A stretch of DNA of 64,000 nucleotides from an uncultured candidatus Porisulfidus sp. GTDB taxonomy: Bacteria; Pseudomonadota; Gammaproteobacteria; Poriferisulfidales; Oxydemutatoraceae. The DNA lies in assembly GCA_965215125.1 (NCBI GenBank), contig OZ244052.1, positions 576,001-640,000 of the forward strand. The letters are read 5' to 3'. The notes under the pieces are model-generated. The model saw only the letters and a list, made by a program, of their open reading frames with translations, searched no databases and was not told where the DNA came from. Below, piece by piece: positions 52,454 to 64,000 of this stretch (positions are counted from its first letter, which is position 1; each line of letters opens with the position of its first letter). The position numbers were made by a program, and so were the translations under genes.

Positions 52454-53266
52454 TTGACGAACGATGCGCCATACCGAAACCCTCTATCACTACGACCGAT
52501 GTGCCGACTTGCCGCATATCTAGGCAAAGCCATTCCTTTGCGCAAACTCTTATTAGATCCCGAACATAGCCTTTATGTGCAGTCTTGGCAACCCAAAGAA
52601 TTGCAATACGCCAAGCTCAACGCCGACGGCTTCGGCTTCGGCTGGCATTATCCCGACGGACGTGCAGCCGTCTATAGAAATGCGCTACCTATATGGTCGG
52701 ATGTCAATTTGAACGACTTAGCCGACAGCCTGTACAGCGAACGGTGGTTTGCGATGGTGCGTAGTGCGACTGCAGGTTTTGCTACCGGCGTTGATAATAC
52801 ACAACCTTTTAGACACGACCGCTATCTTTATCTACACAACGGTTATATAAAAAATTTCAATCAGACCATGCGCCGAAAGATCAGCAACGAATTATCCGAT
52901 GAAATCATCGCTACGCTACGCGGATTGAACGACTCGGAATATCTATTCGCATTGTTGCGTCAATTCATTGCCGACCACCCACAGGAAAAGCTCATTCGGA
53001 TTATCAAAAACTTAATTCAATGGTTGACGACACATATAGCAGGCAACGAAGCTTTGCTCAACATGGTTATCAGCGATAGTCAATCTCTGTATGCGCTACG
53101 CTATGCTATTAATCACCAAGCACCCTCTTTGTATTTTCTAAGTGAGACCGATGCACTTTGGATTGCTTCCGAGAAACTGGATAACAGGTCGGCATGGGAA
53201 ACATTTCCCGAAAAGAAATTGATGGTGGTAGACCCCGAGTACGCGATTAGATGGACTGAGTTATGA
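52454..53266 (+). CDS. egtC: Ntn-amidohydrolase, EgtC-like (mature start probably MCRLAAY)
   Basis: MCRLAAYLG...SLYVQSWQPKEL...LNADGFGFGW...VRSAT...NTQPF...HNG. Confidence 0.82.
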   Translation: MTNDAPYRNPLSLRPMCRLAAYLGKAIPLRKLLLDPEHSLYVQSWQPKELQYAKLNADGFGFGWHYPDGRAAVYRNALPIWSDVNLNDLADSLYSERWFAMVRSATAGFATGVDNTQPFRHDRYLYLHNGYIKNFNQTMRRKISNELSDEIIATLRGLNDSEYLFALLRQFIADHPQEKLIRIIKNLIQWLTTHIAGNEALLNMVISDSQSLYALRYAINHQAPSLYFLSETDALWIASEKLDNRSAWETFPEKKLMVVDPEYAIRWTEL

Positions 53267-54435
53267 GATACGAAGAACTCGTAGCAAAACTTTCGCAACT
53301 ACACGATAAGGTGCAATACCTAACCGCATCTATGGATGACAATGCGTATCGTCAACAATATCATCCCGACTTGAGCCCTCTAGGCTGGCACTACGGACAT
53401 ATAATCTATATAGAGAACTTATGGTTGCGCGATACCGTACTAAACGAGGGCATGCTGAAAGAAAGCGACCACCAACTCTACAACCCACGGAATACCCCCA
53501 AGCATTTGCGAGGCAAAGCCCTGACGCATAACAATACGCTTTTAGAACGAGGGCAACGACAATTCAACAATAATATCGTGTTGCTCGAAAATTTGCCGAC
53601 CCGGGTCGGCAAACATCGCTTGATGAAAGATGCATACTTGCTAAAGTTTATTCTGCAACACCATACGCTACACCTAGAGACGATGAAAATGATTATCACC
53701 CAAAAGCATATTCAAGAGACGACACCGAGCAACAACGGTTGCACTCTCAACGGCGGTAGTCTCAAACACGCCACGCAAGTTAATAAAGAACCTTTGTTAT
53801 TTGAGCGCAAGCGATACCGAATCGGAGGCAAAGACAACTGGTCTTTTGATAACGAATTACCTCATCACTCGGTAAATTTGGATACTTTCGCAATCAATCG
53901 CTCTCCGGTTAGCAACGCCGAATATTTAGGGTTTATCGAAGCCGGCGGCTATCAAGACAAGCGGCACTGGAGTACGGAAGGCTTTTCGTGGCTACAAAAA
54001 TCAAAAGTAAAAGCACCCGACGGTTGGTGCTATCAAAACGGGTGGTTTCAAGCAGACCCCGAGGGTTATCGAAGTCTTGATGCCGATGCTGCAGTCTGTG
54101 GTATTTGTTACTACGAAGCACAGGCTTTTGCGAACTATGCAAACACAAGGCTTCCGCACGAATACGAGCGGGAAGTCTCACACCCACAACTAGAAAAAAA
54201 TACCGATACATGGGAATGGTGTTTGAATAATTTTCACCCGTACTCGGGGTTTAACTCTTTCCCGTATCGCGAATACTCTACACCTTGGTTTGATAAACAC
54301 CATCATGTACTACGCGGCGGCTGCCGCTTCAACGAAGTCAATTTTCATTTGCGGGCGAGCTTTAGGAACTTTTACGAAAAACACAAGCGGCATATTTTCT
54401 CGGGGATTAGGCTCGCTTACGATATCCACCCGTAG
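53263..54435 (+). CDS. EgtB-like non-heme iron sulfoxide synthase (DinB + FGE-sulfatase domains)
   Basis: SPLGWHYGH, HHTLH (HxxxH), FDNELPHH, WEWC, YREYSTPWF, RASFRNFY. Confidence 0.8.
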   Translation: MRYEELVAKLSQLHDKVQYLTASMDDNAYRQQYHPDLSPLGWHYGHIIYIENLWLRDTVLNEGMLKESDHQLYNPRNTPKHLRGKALTHNNTLLERGQRQFNNNIVLLENLPTRVGKHRLMKDAYLLKFILQHHTLHLETMKMIITQKHIQETTPSNNGCTLNGGSLKHATQVNKEPLLFERKRYRIGGKDNWSFDNELPHHSVNLDTFAINRSPVSNAEYLGFIEAGGYQDKRHWSTEGFSWLQKSKVKAPDGWCYQNGWFQADPEGYRSLDADAAVCGICYYEAQAFANYANTRLPHEYEREVSHPQLEKNTDTWEWCLNNFHPYSGFNSFPYREYSTPWFDKHHHVLRGGCRFNEVNFHLRASFRNFYEKHKRHIFSGIRLAYDIHP

Positions 54436-54572
54436 ACGTCGATTACTACACTTCATAATGTATGGTCGCCCAGCGCATCAAAGTTCTAAACAACATTGTA
54501 TTGATGAGCCTTCGGCTCAATGGAAAATTCAATAACATTCGCCTACTTTAGGTATTGTTGTACAATAGCGCA

Positions 54573-56249
54573 ATGGCTAAAAACATTAGACCGCACTCTT
54601 CCATAATCGTTGACGGCGACGCGCGTGCCCCCAGTCGCTCGATGTTGCGCGCCGTAGGTTTCAAAGACAAAGATTTTAATAAGCCACAAGTCGGGATTGC
54701 TTCGACATGGGCCGAGGTAACGCCCTGCAATATGCACATTGACCGTCTGGCTCGGCGGGCGGCGAGCGCGGTTGACGATGCCGGCGGCAAAGCTCTGATA
54801 TTCAATACGATTACCGTTTCCGACGGCATTTCCATGGGCACCGAGGGGATGAAATATTCTCTGGTGTCGCGTGAAGTGATTGCCGACTCTATAGAGACGG
54901 TTGTAGGATGCGAAGGTTTTGACGGTCTCATCGCTATCGGCGGCTGCGACAAAAATATGCCGGGTTGCATGATGGCAATCGCTCGTCTAAATCGTCCGGC
55001 GATATTCATATACGGTGGCACAATTCTGCCGGGCATTTTAGGTGAACAGAAGCTAGATATCATCAGTGTATTTGAAAGCGTGGGAAGTAAAGCAAAAGGC
55101 AAAATGAGTGCCAAGCAATTCAAGCAAATTGAATCTTGCGCAATTCCCGGTCCGGGTTCTTGCGGCGGCATGTACACCGCCAACACGATGGCTTCGGCAA
55201 TAGAGGCTCTCGGCATGAGCCGACCCGGCAGTTCGGCACAAAACGCGGTATCACGTGCCAAATCCGAAGATTGTACCGGTGCCGGAAAGTTGTTAATCAA
55301 TTTAATCAAAAAGCAGATACTGCCACGCGATATTATGACCAAAAAAGCTTTTGAAAACGCCATCACAGTCGTCACTGCGTTGGGTGGTTCGACTAATGCA
55401 GTACTACATCTAATTGCGATGGCGCATAGTGCCGGTGTCAAACTAAAACTCGAAGATTTTTCGAGAATAGGACGCAAGGTGCCGGTGCTTGCCGATCTTA
55501 GGCCCAGCGGTCGCTATCGCATGTCCGAATTGATTCGCATCGGTGGTATACGCCCGTTGATGAAACGGCTGCTTGAAAAAGGACTGCTGCACGGCGACTG
55601 TCTGAGCGTCACCGGTAAAACCTTGGAACAAGACCTAAAAGGTACTTCCGACTATCCTAAAAAGCAACAAATTATCCGCGATTGGGACAATCCGATAAAA
55701 GCCGACAGCCACCTCGTGATTCTGCGAGGCAACCTAGCACCTCGTGGTGCGGTCGCCAAAATCACCGGCAAAGAAGGCACGCAATTTGCCGGTACTGCTC
55801 GGGTATTCAATTCCGAAGAGGAGGCATTGCAAAATATTTTGTCGGGAAAAATTAACAAAGGAAATGTTATCGTAATTCGCTACGAAGGTCCGCGCGGAGG
55901 GCCCGGCATGCGAGAAATGCTATCGCCGACTTCCGCGATTATGGGGCAAGGATTAGGGTCCCATGTTGCGTTGATTACCGACGGGCGATTTTCCGGAGGC
56001 AGTCACGGCTTTGTCGTCGGACATATTACCCCCGAAGCGGCGACCGGCGGTCCTTTGGCTATCGTCAAAAACGGCGACTCTATTACCATCGACGCAGTAG
56101 CAAAGACTATAAACCTCAACTTGTCCGAAGCACGGATCAAACAGCGACTAAAACAATGGAAAGCCCCCAAAACCGAACAACGGCGAGGCACACTTGCCAA
56201 ATATGCACGGCTCGTAGCTTCTGCTTCCGAGGGTGCGGTGACCGAATAG
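54573..56249 (+). CDS. ilvD: Dihydroxy-acid dehydratase
   Basis: [56 protein letters not shown]. Confidence 0.97.
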   Translation: MAKNIRPHSSIIVDGDARAPSRSMLRAVGFKDKDFNKPQVGIASTWAEVTPCNMHIDRLARRAASAVDDAGGKALIFNTITVSDGISMGTEGMKYSLVSREVIADSIETVVGCEGFDGLIAIGGCDKNMPGCMMAIARLNRPAIFIYGGTILPGILGEQKLDIISVFESVGSKAKGKMSAKQFKQIESCAIPGPGSCGGMYTANTMASAIEALGMSRPGSSAQNAVSRAKSEDCTGAGKLLINLIKKQILPRDIMTKKAFENAITVVTALGGSTNAVLHLIAMAHSAGVKLKLEDFSRIGRKVPVLADLRPSGRYRMSELIRIGGIRPLMKRLLEKGLLHGDCLSVTGKTLEQDLKGTSDYPKKQQIIRDWDNPIKADSHLVILRGNLAPRGAVAKITGKEGTQFAGTARVFNSEEEALQNILSGKINKGNVIVIRYEGPRGGPGMREMLSPTSAIMGQGLGSHVALITDGRFSGGSHGFVVGHITPEAATGGPLAIVKNGDSITIDAVAKTINLNLSEARIKQRLKQWKAPKTEQRRGTLAKYARLVASASEGAVTE

Positions 56250-56250
56250 A

Positions 56251-56410
56251 ACCACCACTTGCTCCAGTTGGGCAAGTGGTATCACGTTGTGCAGAAACTC
56301 TGCGTAGATATGTAGGTCGGATAGACTATAAAACCACCACTTGCTCCAGTTGGGCAAGTGGTATCAAGCTGTGCAGAAACTTTGTATGGGTATATAGGTC
56401 GGATAAACTA
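56251..56410 (+). repeat. Two tandem 82 bp units, each with a strong hairpin
   Basis: ACCACCACTTGCTCCAGTTGGGCAAGTGGTATCA at 56251 and 56333; stem ACCACTTGC/GCAAGTGGT. Confidence 0.9.
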
Positions 56411-56491
56411 TGGTTTATCCTTATGAGTGCAAAACGGTGTAGGTTGGCTCCTACGAGTGGTTTGCAGAAATTAATGATTAGATGAATTACG

Positions 56492-56923
56492 ATGCTTGAG
56501 TTTTGGACATCCGGTCCTATTTGGAAAAAGAGCGCATATAACACCTGGTGGTGTTTGGTCGGCTGCGCAACCGGTGATTTAGGCACGATTGCATATTTCC
56601 AGATTGCCGGTATTCGGTGGCCTACACTGTCTATTATGTTGCTCGCAATGGTCAATGGTTTGATTAGTAGCATTTTATTAGAGACTTTTATTTTGATTAA
56701 ACGACAACACTTCCCGTTTGTAACCGCATTGCGGACGGCACTGGGGATGAGTTTTATTGCCATGTTGGCAATGGAGATAGCGATGAATACCACCGATTTT
56801 ATTATCACCGGAGATGCAAGGCTGACGCTTGCGGCAATATTGCCTATATTGGTGGCAGGCTTTGTCACACCATGGCCGTATAACTATTGGCGGTTGAAAA
56901 AATTAGGGCTTAGTTGTCATTGA
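56492..56923 (+). CDS. DUF4396-family membrane protein
   Basis: NTWWCLVGCATGD...MSFIAMLAMEIAMN...GFVTPWPYNYWRLKK..CH. Confidence 0.8.
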   Translation: MLEFWTSGPIWKKSAYNTWWCLVGCATGDLGTIAYFQIAGIRWPTLSIMLLAMVNGLISSILLETFILIKRQHFPFVTALRTALGMSFIAMLAMEIAMNTTDFIITGDARLTLAAILPILVAGFVTPWPYNYWRLKKLGLSCH

Positions 56924-57014
56924 CTAATCGTTTATAATAGCCTACTTAAACAAAACCCGATATTCGTGAACTAACGAAAATGATTAATCCCACTTCAATT
57001 TTAAGGAGTTTAAT

Positions 57015-57647
57015 ATGCCATTAACACAAGAAGAGCTAAAGGCTCTGATGGAACAAAAAAACATCATGCGGCGCAAAGCATACGACGCAAGAGCAGCGCA
57101 AGAAAACAAAGATGAAATTAGCGAAAGCATCTGCGAAAAATTCATTGCTTTGCCGGAATACCAAAATGCGAAAACCGTAATGTGGTATATAGATTGCCGT
57201 TCCGAGACGCGCACTAAAAAACATCTGCAACTAGAAATCGATAAACAAGACAAGAAAATTATCGTCCCCTACTGCACGGTGGACGAGAAAGGCGACAATA
57301 AGTTGGGACTTTGGCATTTGAGCAATTTCGACGAGTTGATCGTCGGTAAATGGAACATCTTGGAACCACCACGCGAATTATGGGGTAACCCCGACAAAGA
57401 GGTAGAACCCGAAGAACTTGATATCGTTATGGTGCCCGGTGTCGGTTTTGACCGCAACGGCGGGCGCATGGGCAACGGTCAAGGATACTATGACCGCCTG
57501 TTGGAAAGGGCACGCAAAGATTGTCCGCTGATAGCTATCTGTTACGAATCACAGTTATTCGAAGAAATACTGGTAGGACCGCACGATATATTCATGGATA
57601 AAGTCATTACCGAAAAAGACATCTACGAGGGCCGAGGAAGGGACTAA
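57015..57647 (+). CDS. 5-formyltetrahydrofolate cyclo-ligase
   Basis: ILEP, DIVMVPGVGFDRNGGRMGNGQGYYDRLL, PHDIFMD. Confidence 0.93.
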   Translation: MPLTQEELKALMEQKNIMRRKAYDARAAQENKDEISESICEKFIALPEYQNAKTVMWYIDCRSETRTKKHLQLEIDKQDKKIIVPYCTVDEKGDNKLGLWHLSNFDELIVGKWNILEPPRELWGNPDKEVEPEELDIVMVPGVGFDRNGGRMGNGQGYYDRLLERARKDCPLIAICYESQLFEEILVGPHDIFMDKVITEKDIYEGRGRD

Positions 57648-58570
57648 TGACCGCCAAAATAGACGATACTTATGCAGAAGCCTTTAAGAGTCTCTATGTA
57701 GAGTTTTTAATCACTGCCCGAGATCGCAAATGGTTAGACCATGCGATTAACGCCTGCACCGGTAATGCGTCTAGTTCTATACTCTGCGATTGCGAAGCCG
57801 GCATGGATCGTTATGTAGGCCCGGGCGGCGACGAGCGTGCGCAAACCCCGGACGGACGTCCGGGCGCGATCATCCAACTACATGTACCGCGCTTTTGGAA
57901 GGATCGTGTCGCACGGCTTGAACGAGCGGCGTTGGTGCGTATCAGTCAGAATGTCTTGACTTGCCCGACCGCCTCTTGCTTCAATACGCTGGAGGATAGC
58001 GAGAACTATTATCAGATAGGACGCAAAGTTGCTTATTTCGGCAACGGTTATCAAAAACGTATAGAACGTTTCGGGCGGAAGATGTGGTGGATACCGATAC
58101 TCGGCGGAGAATTTATATTAGATCGCCGTCTCGGCTATAGCGAAGGTTTGATGGGCGGAAATTTATGGTTCTTCGGCAAAGATACGGATTCGGCACTTGA
58201 CGCCGCCGAAAAAGGTGTTGCGGCGATTGCCCCGATGCCCGAGGTCGTCACGACTTTTCCCGGCGGCATTGCCGGAAGTGGATCTAAGGCAGGTAGCCGC
58301 TACGATTTTACGATTGCCAGTACTTACGAAAAATTCTGTCCGATGCTTCAACAAAACCCTGATGTGGAACGCGGGCTACCCGAGGGTGTTGCCTCGGTGA
58401 TGGAGATTATTATGAACGGTCGGAATATAGAAGCCATCATCAATGCCACCCAAGCGGCGATATCGGCATCCAAAGATACCGAGGGTCTAATCATGATTTC
58501 GGCAGGTAACTATGGCGGCAAGCTAGGCAAGAGCCTAATCTACCTACACCCCGACAAGCAACCGACTTAA
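57647..58570 (+). CDS. Formylmethanofuran:tetrahydromethanopterin formyltransferase (Ftr/FhcD family)
   Basis: IDDTYAEAF, CDCEAG, TPDGRPG, QNVLTCPT, FPGGIAGSGSKAGS, ISAGNYGGKLG. Confidence 0.92.
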   Translation: MTAKIDDTYAEAFKSLYVEFLITARDRKWLDHAINACTGNASSSILCDCEAGMDRYVGPGGDERAQTPDGRPGAIIQLHVPRFWKDRVARLERAALVRISQNVLTCPTASCFNTLEDSENYYQIGRKVAYFGNGYQKRIERFGRKMWWIPILGGEFILDRRLGYSEGLMGGNLWFFGKDTDSALDAAEKGVAAIAPMPEVVTTFPGGIAGSGSKAGSRYDFTIASTYEKFCPMLQQNPDVERGLPEGVASVMEIIMNGRNIEAIINATQAAISASKDTEGLIMISAGNYGGKLGKSLIYLHPDKQPT

Positions 58571-58593
58571 GCAAGTTCACCGAGACTACCATT

Positions 58594-59481
58594 ATGCAAC
58601 AGGCGATTATTATGGACGGACAAAGTCTGTCACAAAAGATCGCCCAGGATTGTGCGGAACAATTAGCCGAATTAAACTATCCCGAGATTGTTTTAGCCAC
58701 CGTACTAATCGGTGATTATGCACCGAGTCGCCTTTATGTGAACTTGAAGATGCGGCTCGCTAAAAAAGCGGGGTTGATACCGCGTTTGGTTGAATTATCC
58801 GCCGATGTAAGCAACGACCAAGTCGAAGATACATTACTGAATCTTGCCAACGATAATCAGGTACACGGTATCCTCTTGCAATTGCCTCTGCCCGAACACT
58901 TAGACACCGACCGCCTGTTAGAGATGATTCCACCGGAAAAGGATGTAGACGGCTTGACCATACAAAGTATGGGACGTCTAATCAAAGACGAGGTCGGCAT
59001 GGTGCCTTGTACGCCGTTGGGTGTCATGCGGTTCATAAAAGAATACAACATTACAACCGAAGGGCGCACCGCCGTTGTAATAGGACGATCGTATCTAGTC
59101 GGCATACCGCAAATGCTACTATTATCCAAGCACGGTATCGATGCGAGCGTAACGCTGTGCCATTCTAAAACCGAGGCTATAGAGGATATTTGCCTTAATG
59201 CCGATATTATCGTCGCTGCTGCCGGCATCAACGGACTAATCGGCAAATCCGCCGTCAAACCGGGGGCTGCGGTTTTTGATGTAGGTATCACTTCGGTAGA
59301 CGGAAAAATCATAGGCGATGTCATTTTTGACGAAGTCAAAGAAGTTGCCGGAGCGATTACACCTATGCCGGGTGGCACCGGCCCGATGACGGTTGCCAGC
59401 CTCATTGAAAATACAATCAAAGCGGCACGAATGCAGGGCGTGATAGAGGACAACTCGCTAGACCAAGTAAACGAACCCTAA
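58594..59481 (+). CDS. folD: Methylene-THF dehydrogenase/methenyl-THF cyclohydrolase
   Basis: SRLYVNLK, HGILLQLPLP, EKDVDG, PCTPLG, VIGRS..VG, ITPMPGGTGPMTVA. Confidence 0.93.
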   Translation: MQQAIIMDGQSLSQKIAQDCAEQLAELNYPEIVLATVLIGDYAPSRLYVNLKMRLAKKAGLIPRLVELSADVSNDQVEDTLLNLANDNQVHGILLQLPLPEHLDTDRLLEMIPPEKDVDGLTIQSMGRLIKDEVGMVPCTPLGVMRFIKEYNITTEGRTAVVIGRSYLVGIPQMLLLSKHGIDASVTLCHSKTEAIEDICLNADIIVAAAGINGLIGKSAVKPGAAVFDVGITSVDGKIIGDVIFDEVKEVAGAITPMPGGTGPMTVASLIENTIKAARMQGVIEDNSLDQVNEP

Positions 59482-59502
59482 TTAGGTGTACTAACCTTAA
59501 AT

Positions 59503-60658
59503 ATGGCAATGGCTAATCGGCAGATAGAAAATATCAACCCTCAAATTCTGCGTCAATGCCGAGAACAAATCGGATTGAGTATAGAACAAGCTGAAAAAAA
59601 AGCTGGATTGCGTACACTTGCCGGCATTGAAGCAGGTGAAAAATATCCCACCATTAAGCAAATTGAAAAGCTCGCTAAGCGATACCATGTACCAGCGTGG
59701 GTTTTTTTGAGGAGAAAACTACCTGCTAAATACCGCCTTGAAAATTTTGCATCTTATAGAAAATTCCGGAATAGTCCTATTAGCGGTTATGAAGTAAGGT
59801 CTGTAATAGCAAACGTGGAACGGTTCAGAGAATTGTTATTAGAATTCAGAGACGACATGGAAGAACCCGTACAACCTTTCTCGCCACCGCAAATAATGGA
59901 AAGTGACTTCAAAGCTACCGCAGAGATTACTCGCAAGTGGTTAGGATGTACGGATATGTCGTACCCACTTATTGAATGGAAGCGTATGCTTGAAGATAAT
60001 AATGTCTTCATTTTTACAACCAGCAAATACTCGAGCTGGTCAAAAGTTGAGCCTGATAAATTTCGAGGGCTGTCCGTATATTATGACACCTTACCGATTA
60101 TCGTCATCAATAACTCCGATACATATAAAGCACAATCATTTACATTGTTTCACGAGTTGGGACACTTACTTAAAAAACAAAGTGTTCTAGATGAGCAAAA
60201 AAAAAATAGAATTACAGGAAGACGAAGAAAAATGGTGCGATATGTTTGCCGGGGCGGTTTTGATGCCCGAGGAAGATTTTTTACGCGAAGTGGAAACATT
60301 CTCTCACGAGGAACCATTAGAAAAACAAATGAGACAAATCGAAAAACTGGCAAAAAAATTCCAGGTCAGTTCTTATGCTTTTTTAGTGAGAATGAAACAT
60401 CTAGATGTTATCACTCAACCACAATACAATGAACTTGAAAATCAGTTGAGAAAAAATTATCTTGCTTACAAAAACAAGCTACAAGGGGGAAGGATATCAA
60501 GAAATATAGTAAAAGAGGCTCTGGAGCAGTACGGCACTATTTACTCTAAGACGGTTGTGCAGATGTATCGAAATCAAGAAATCGATTTGCATAAATTTTG
60601 TAAATTGGTCGGGATCAAGAAAGTGTCGGATGCGTTGGAATTAGAAACCCTACTATGA
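59503..60658 (+). pseudogene. XRE-HTH + ImmA/IrrE metallopeptidase, frameshifted in an A10 tract
   Basis: HTH and FTLFHELGH in ORF 59503..60432; EEKWCDMFAGAVLMP in the +1 frame; A10 run at 60197-60206. Confidence 0.85.
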
Positions 60659-60695
60659 GTTATTGTATAGACACAAACGTGTTTATTACTGCTGC
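60655..60695 (+). pseudogene. N-terminal stub of a PIN-domain (DUF4411-like) gene, truncated by repeats
   Basis: ATGA overlap with the peptidase stop; MSYCIDTNVFITA resembles the PIN first strand (xxDTNVxI). Confidence 0.6.
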
Positions 60696-60734
60696 CCCCT
60701 CCTTCGGAGGGGAATTAGCTTGTGCAGACCCATT

Positions 60735-60897
60735 GGGGCTGTTGAAAAAGTACCGTTTTGCACAAATCCAATCGCTTTGCGCCACCCGATGATGGTTTCC
60801 ATATTTGACAACCACCCCGTCAGGCTGCGCCTGACACCCTTCCACAGGAGGGGAATGTACCGTCCCTGCAGTTTATGGATACTTTTTCAACAGTCCC
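60735..60897. mobile_element. MITE-like element with 18 bp terminal IRs, containing repeat modules B+C (60811-60856)
   Basis: GGGGCTGTTGAAAAAGTA ... TACTTTTTCAACAGTCCC (1 mismatch); no coding capacity. Confidence 0.75.
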
Positions 60898-60904
60898 GAG
60901 GTTT

Positions 60905-63663
<2,759 letters not shown>

Positions 63664-63664
<1 letters not shown>

Positions 63665-64000
63665 TACCCGCTTGCCATTTTCACCGCTTCTTCAACATTG
63701 ACCGAAACCAACCTAGAAATGCCCGGTTCCGCCATCGTAACACCGATCAAAGCACTGACGCTTTCCATCGTCAAGCGGCTATGGGTAATAACCATAAATT
63801 GTACTTTCTCACTCATATCGTCTATCAGCTTGCAAAAATTTAATATATTATTTTCGTCCAACGGCGCATCTACTTCGTCCAATATACAAAAAGGGGCGGG
63901 TCTTAACTCAAAAATAGCGAATACCACCGCAAGTGCCGACAATGCTTTCTCTCCTCCCGATAACAAGCGTATGGAGGATAATTTTTTGCCCGGCGGGTAT
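63664..64000 (-). CDS. smc: Chromosome segregation protein SMC (C-terminal part)
   Basis: PPGKK...LLSGGEKALSALA...PAPFCILDEVDAPLD...FMVITH. Confidence 0.95.

Noticed and set aside
54548-55477. 309 aa minus-strand ORF
   Set aside because: Antisense shadow of ilvD.
56251-56410. Mini CRISPR array
   Set aside because: Only two units, and the would-be spacers are about 80% similar to each other.

Overview
Chromosomal window from a gammaproteobacterium, probably host-associated (inferred from the many IS elements, a 13-repeat TPR lipoprotein and an AT-rich glycosyltransferase/sulfotransferase island). Core genes: contiguous str and S10 ribosomal operons (rpsL to partial rpsC), purB, a GldAFG-like ABC system, kdsB-ycaR-lpxK-msbA, recX-recA, pncC, mutS, yhdP, a GnnA/GnnB-like pair, an NAD-linked formate dehydrogenase, egtC/egtB-like genes, ilvD, a 5-formyl-THF cyclo-ligase / Ftr / folD cluster and ligA-zipA-smc. 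Accessory content: an IS481-like element abutting the rpsL promoter; two near-identical IS3 (IS407 group) copies plus an older IS3 remnant around the TPR lipoprotein gene; an intact IS110 inserted in a GTAG-REP, whose left end appears to encode a bridge RNA with guides matching its own target and donor; a family of modular, nested hairpin repeats/MITEs with compensatory changes; an orphan ICE PilL-like fusion; a diverging 1.85 kb tandem duplication of a fucosyltransferase-like gene; and a decayed ImmA/IrrE-PIN module. No rRNA, tRNA or CRISPR array was recognised. All family assignments come from motif recognition, not database searches.
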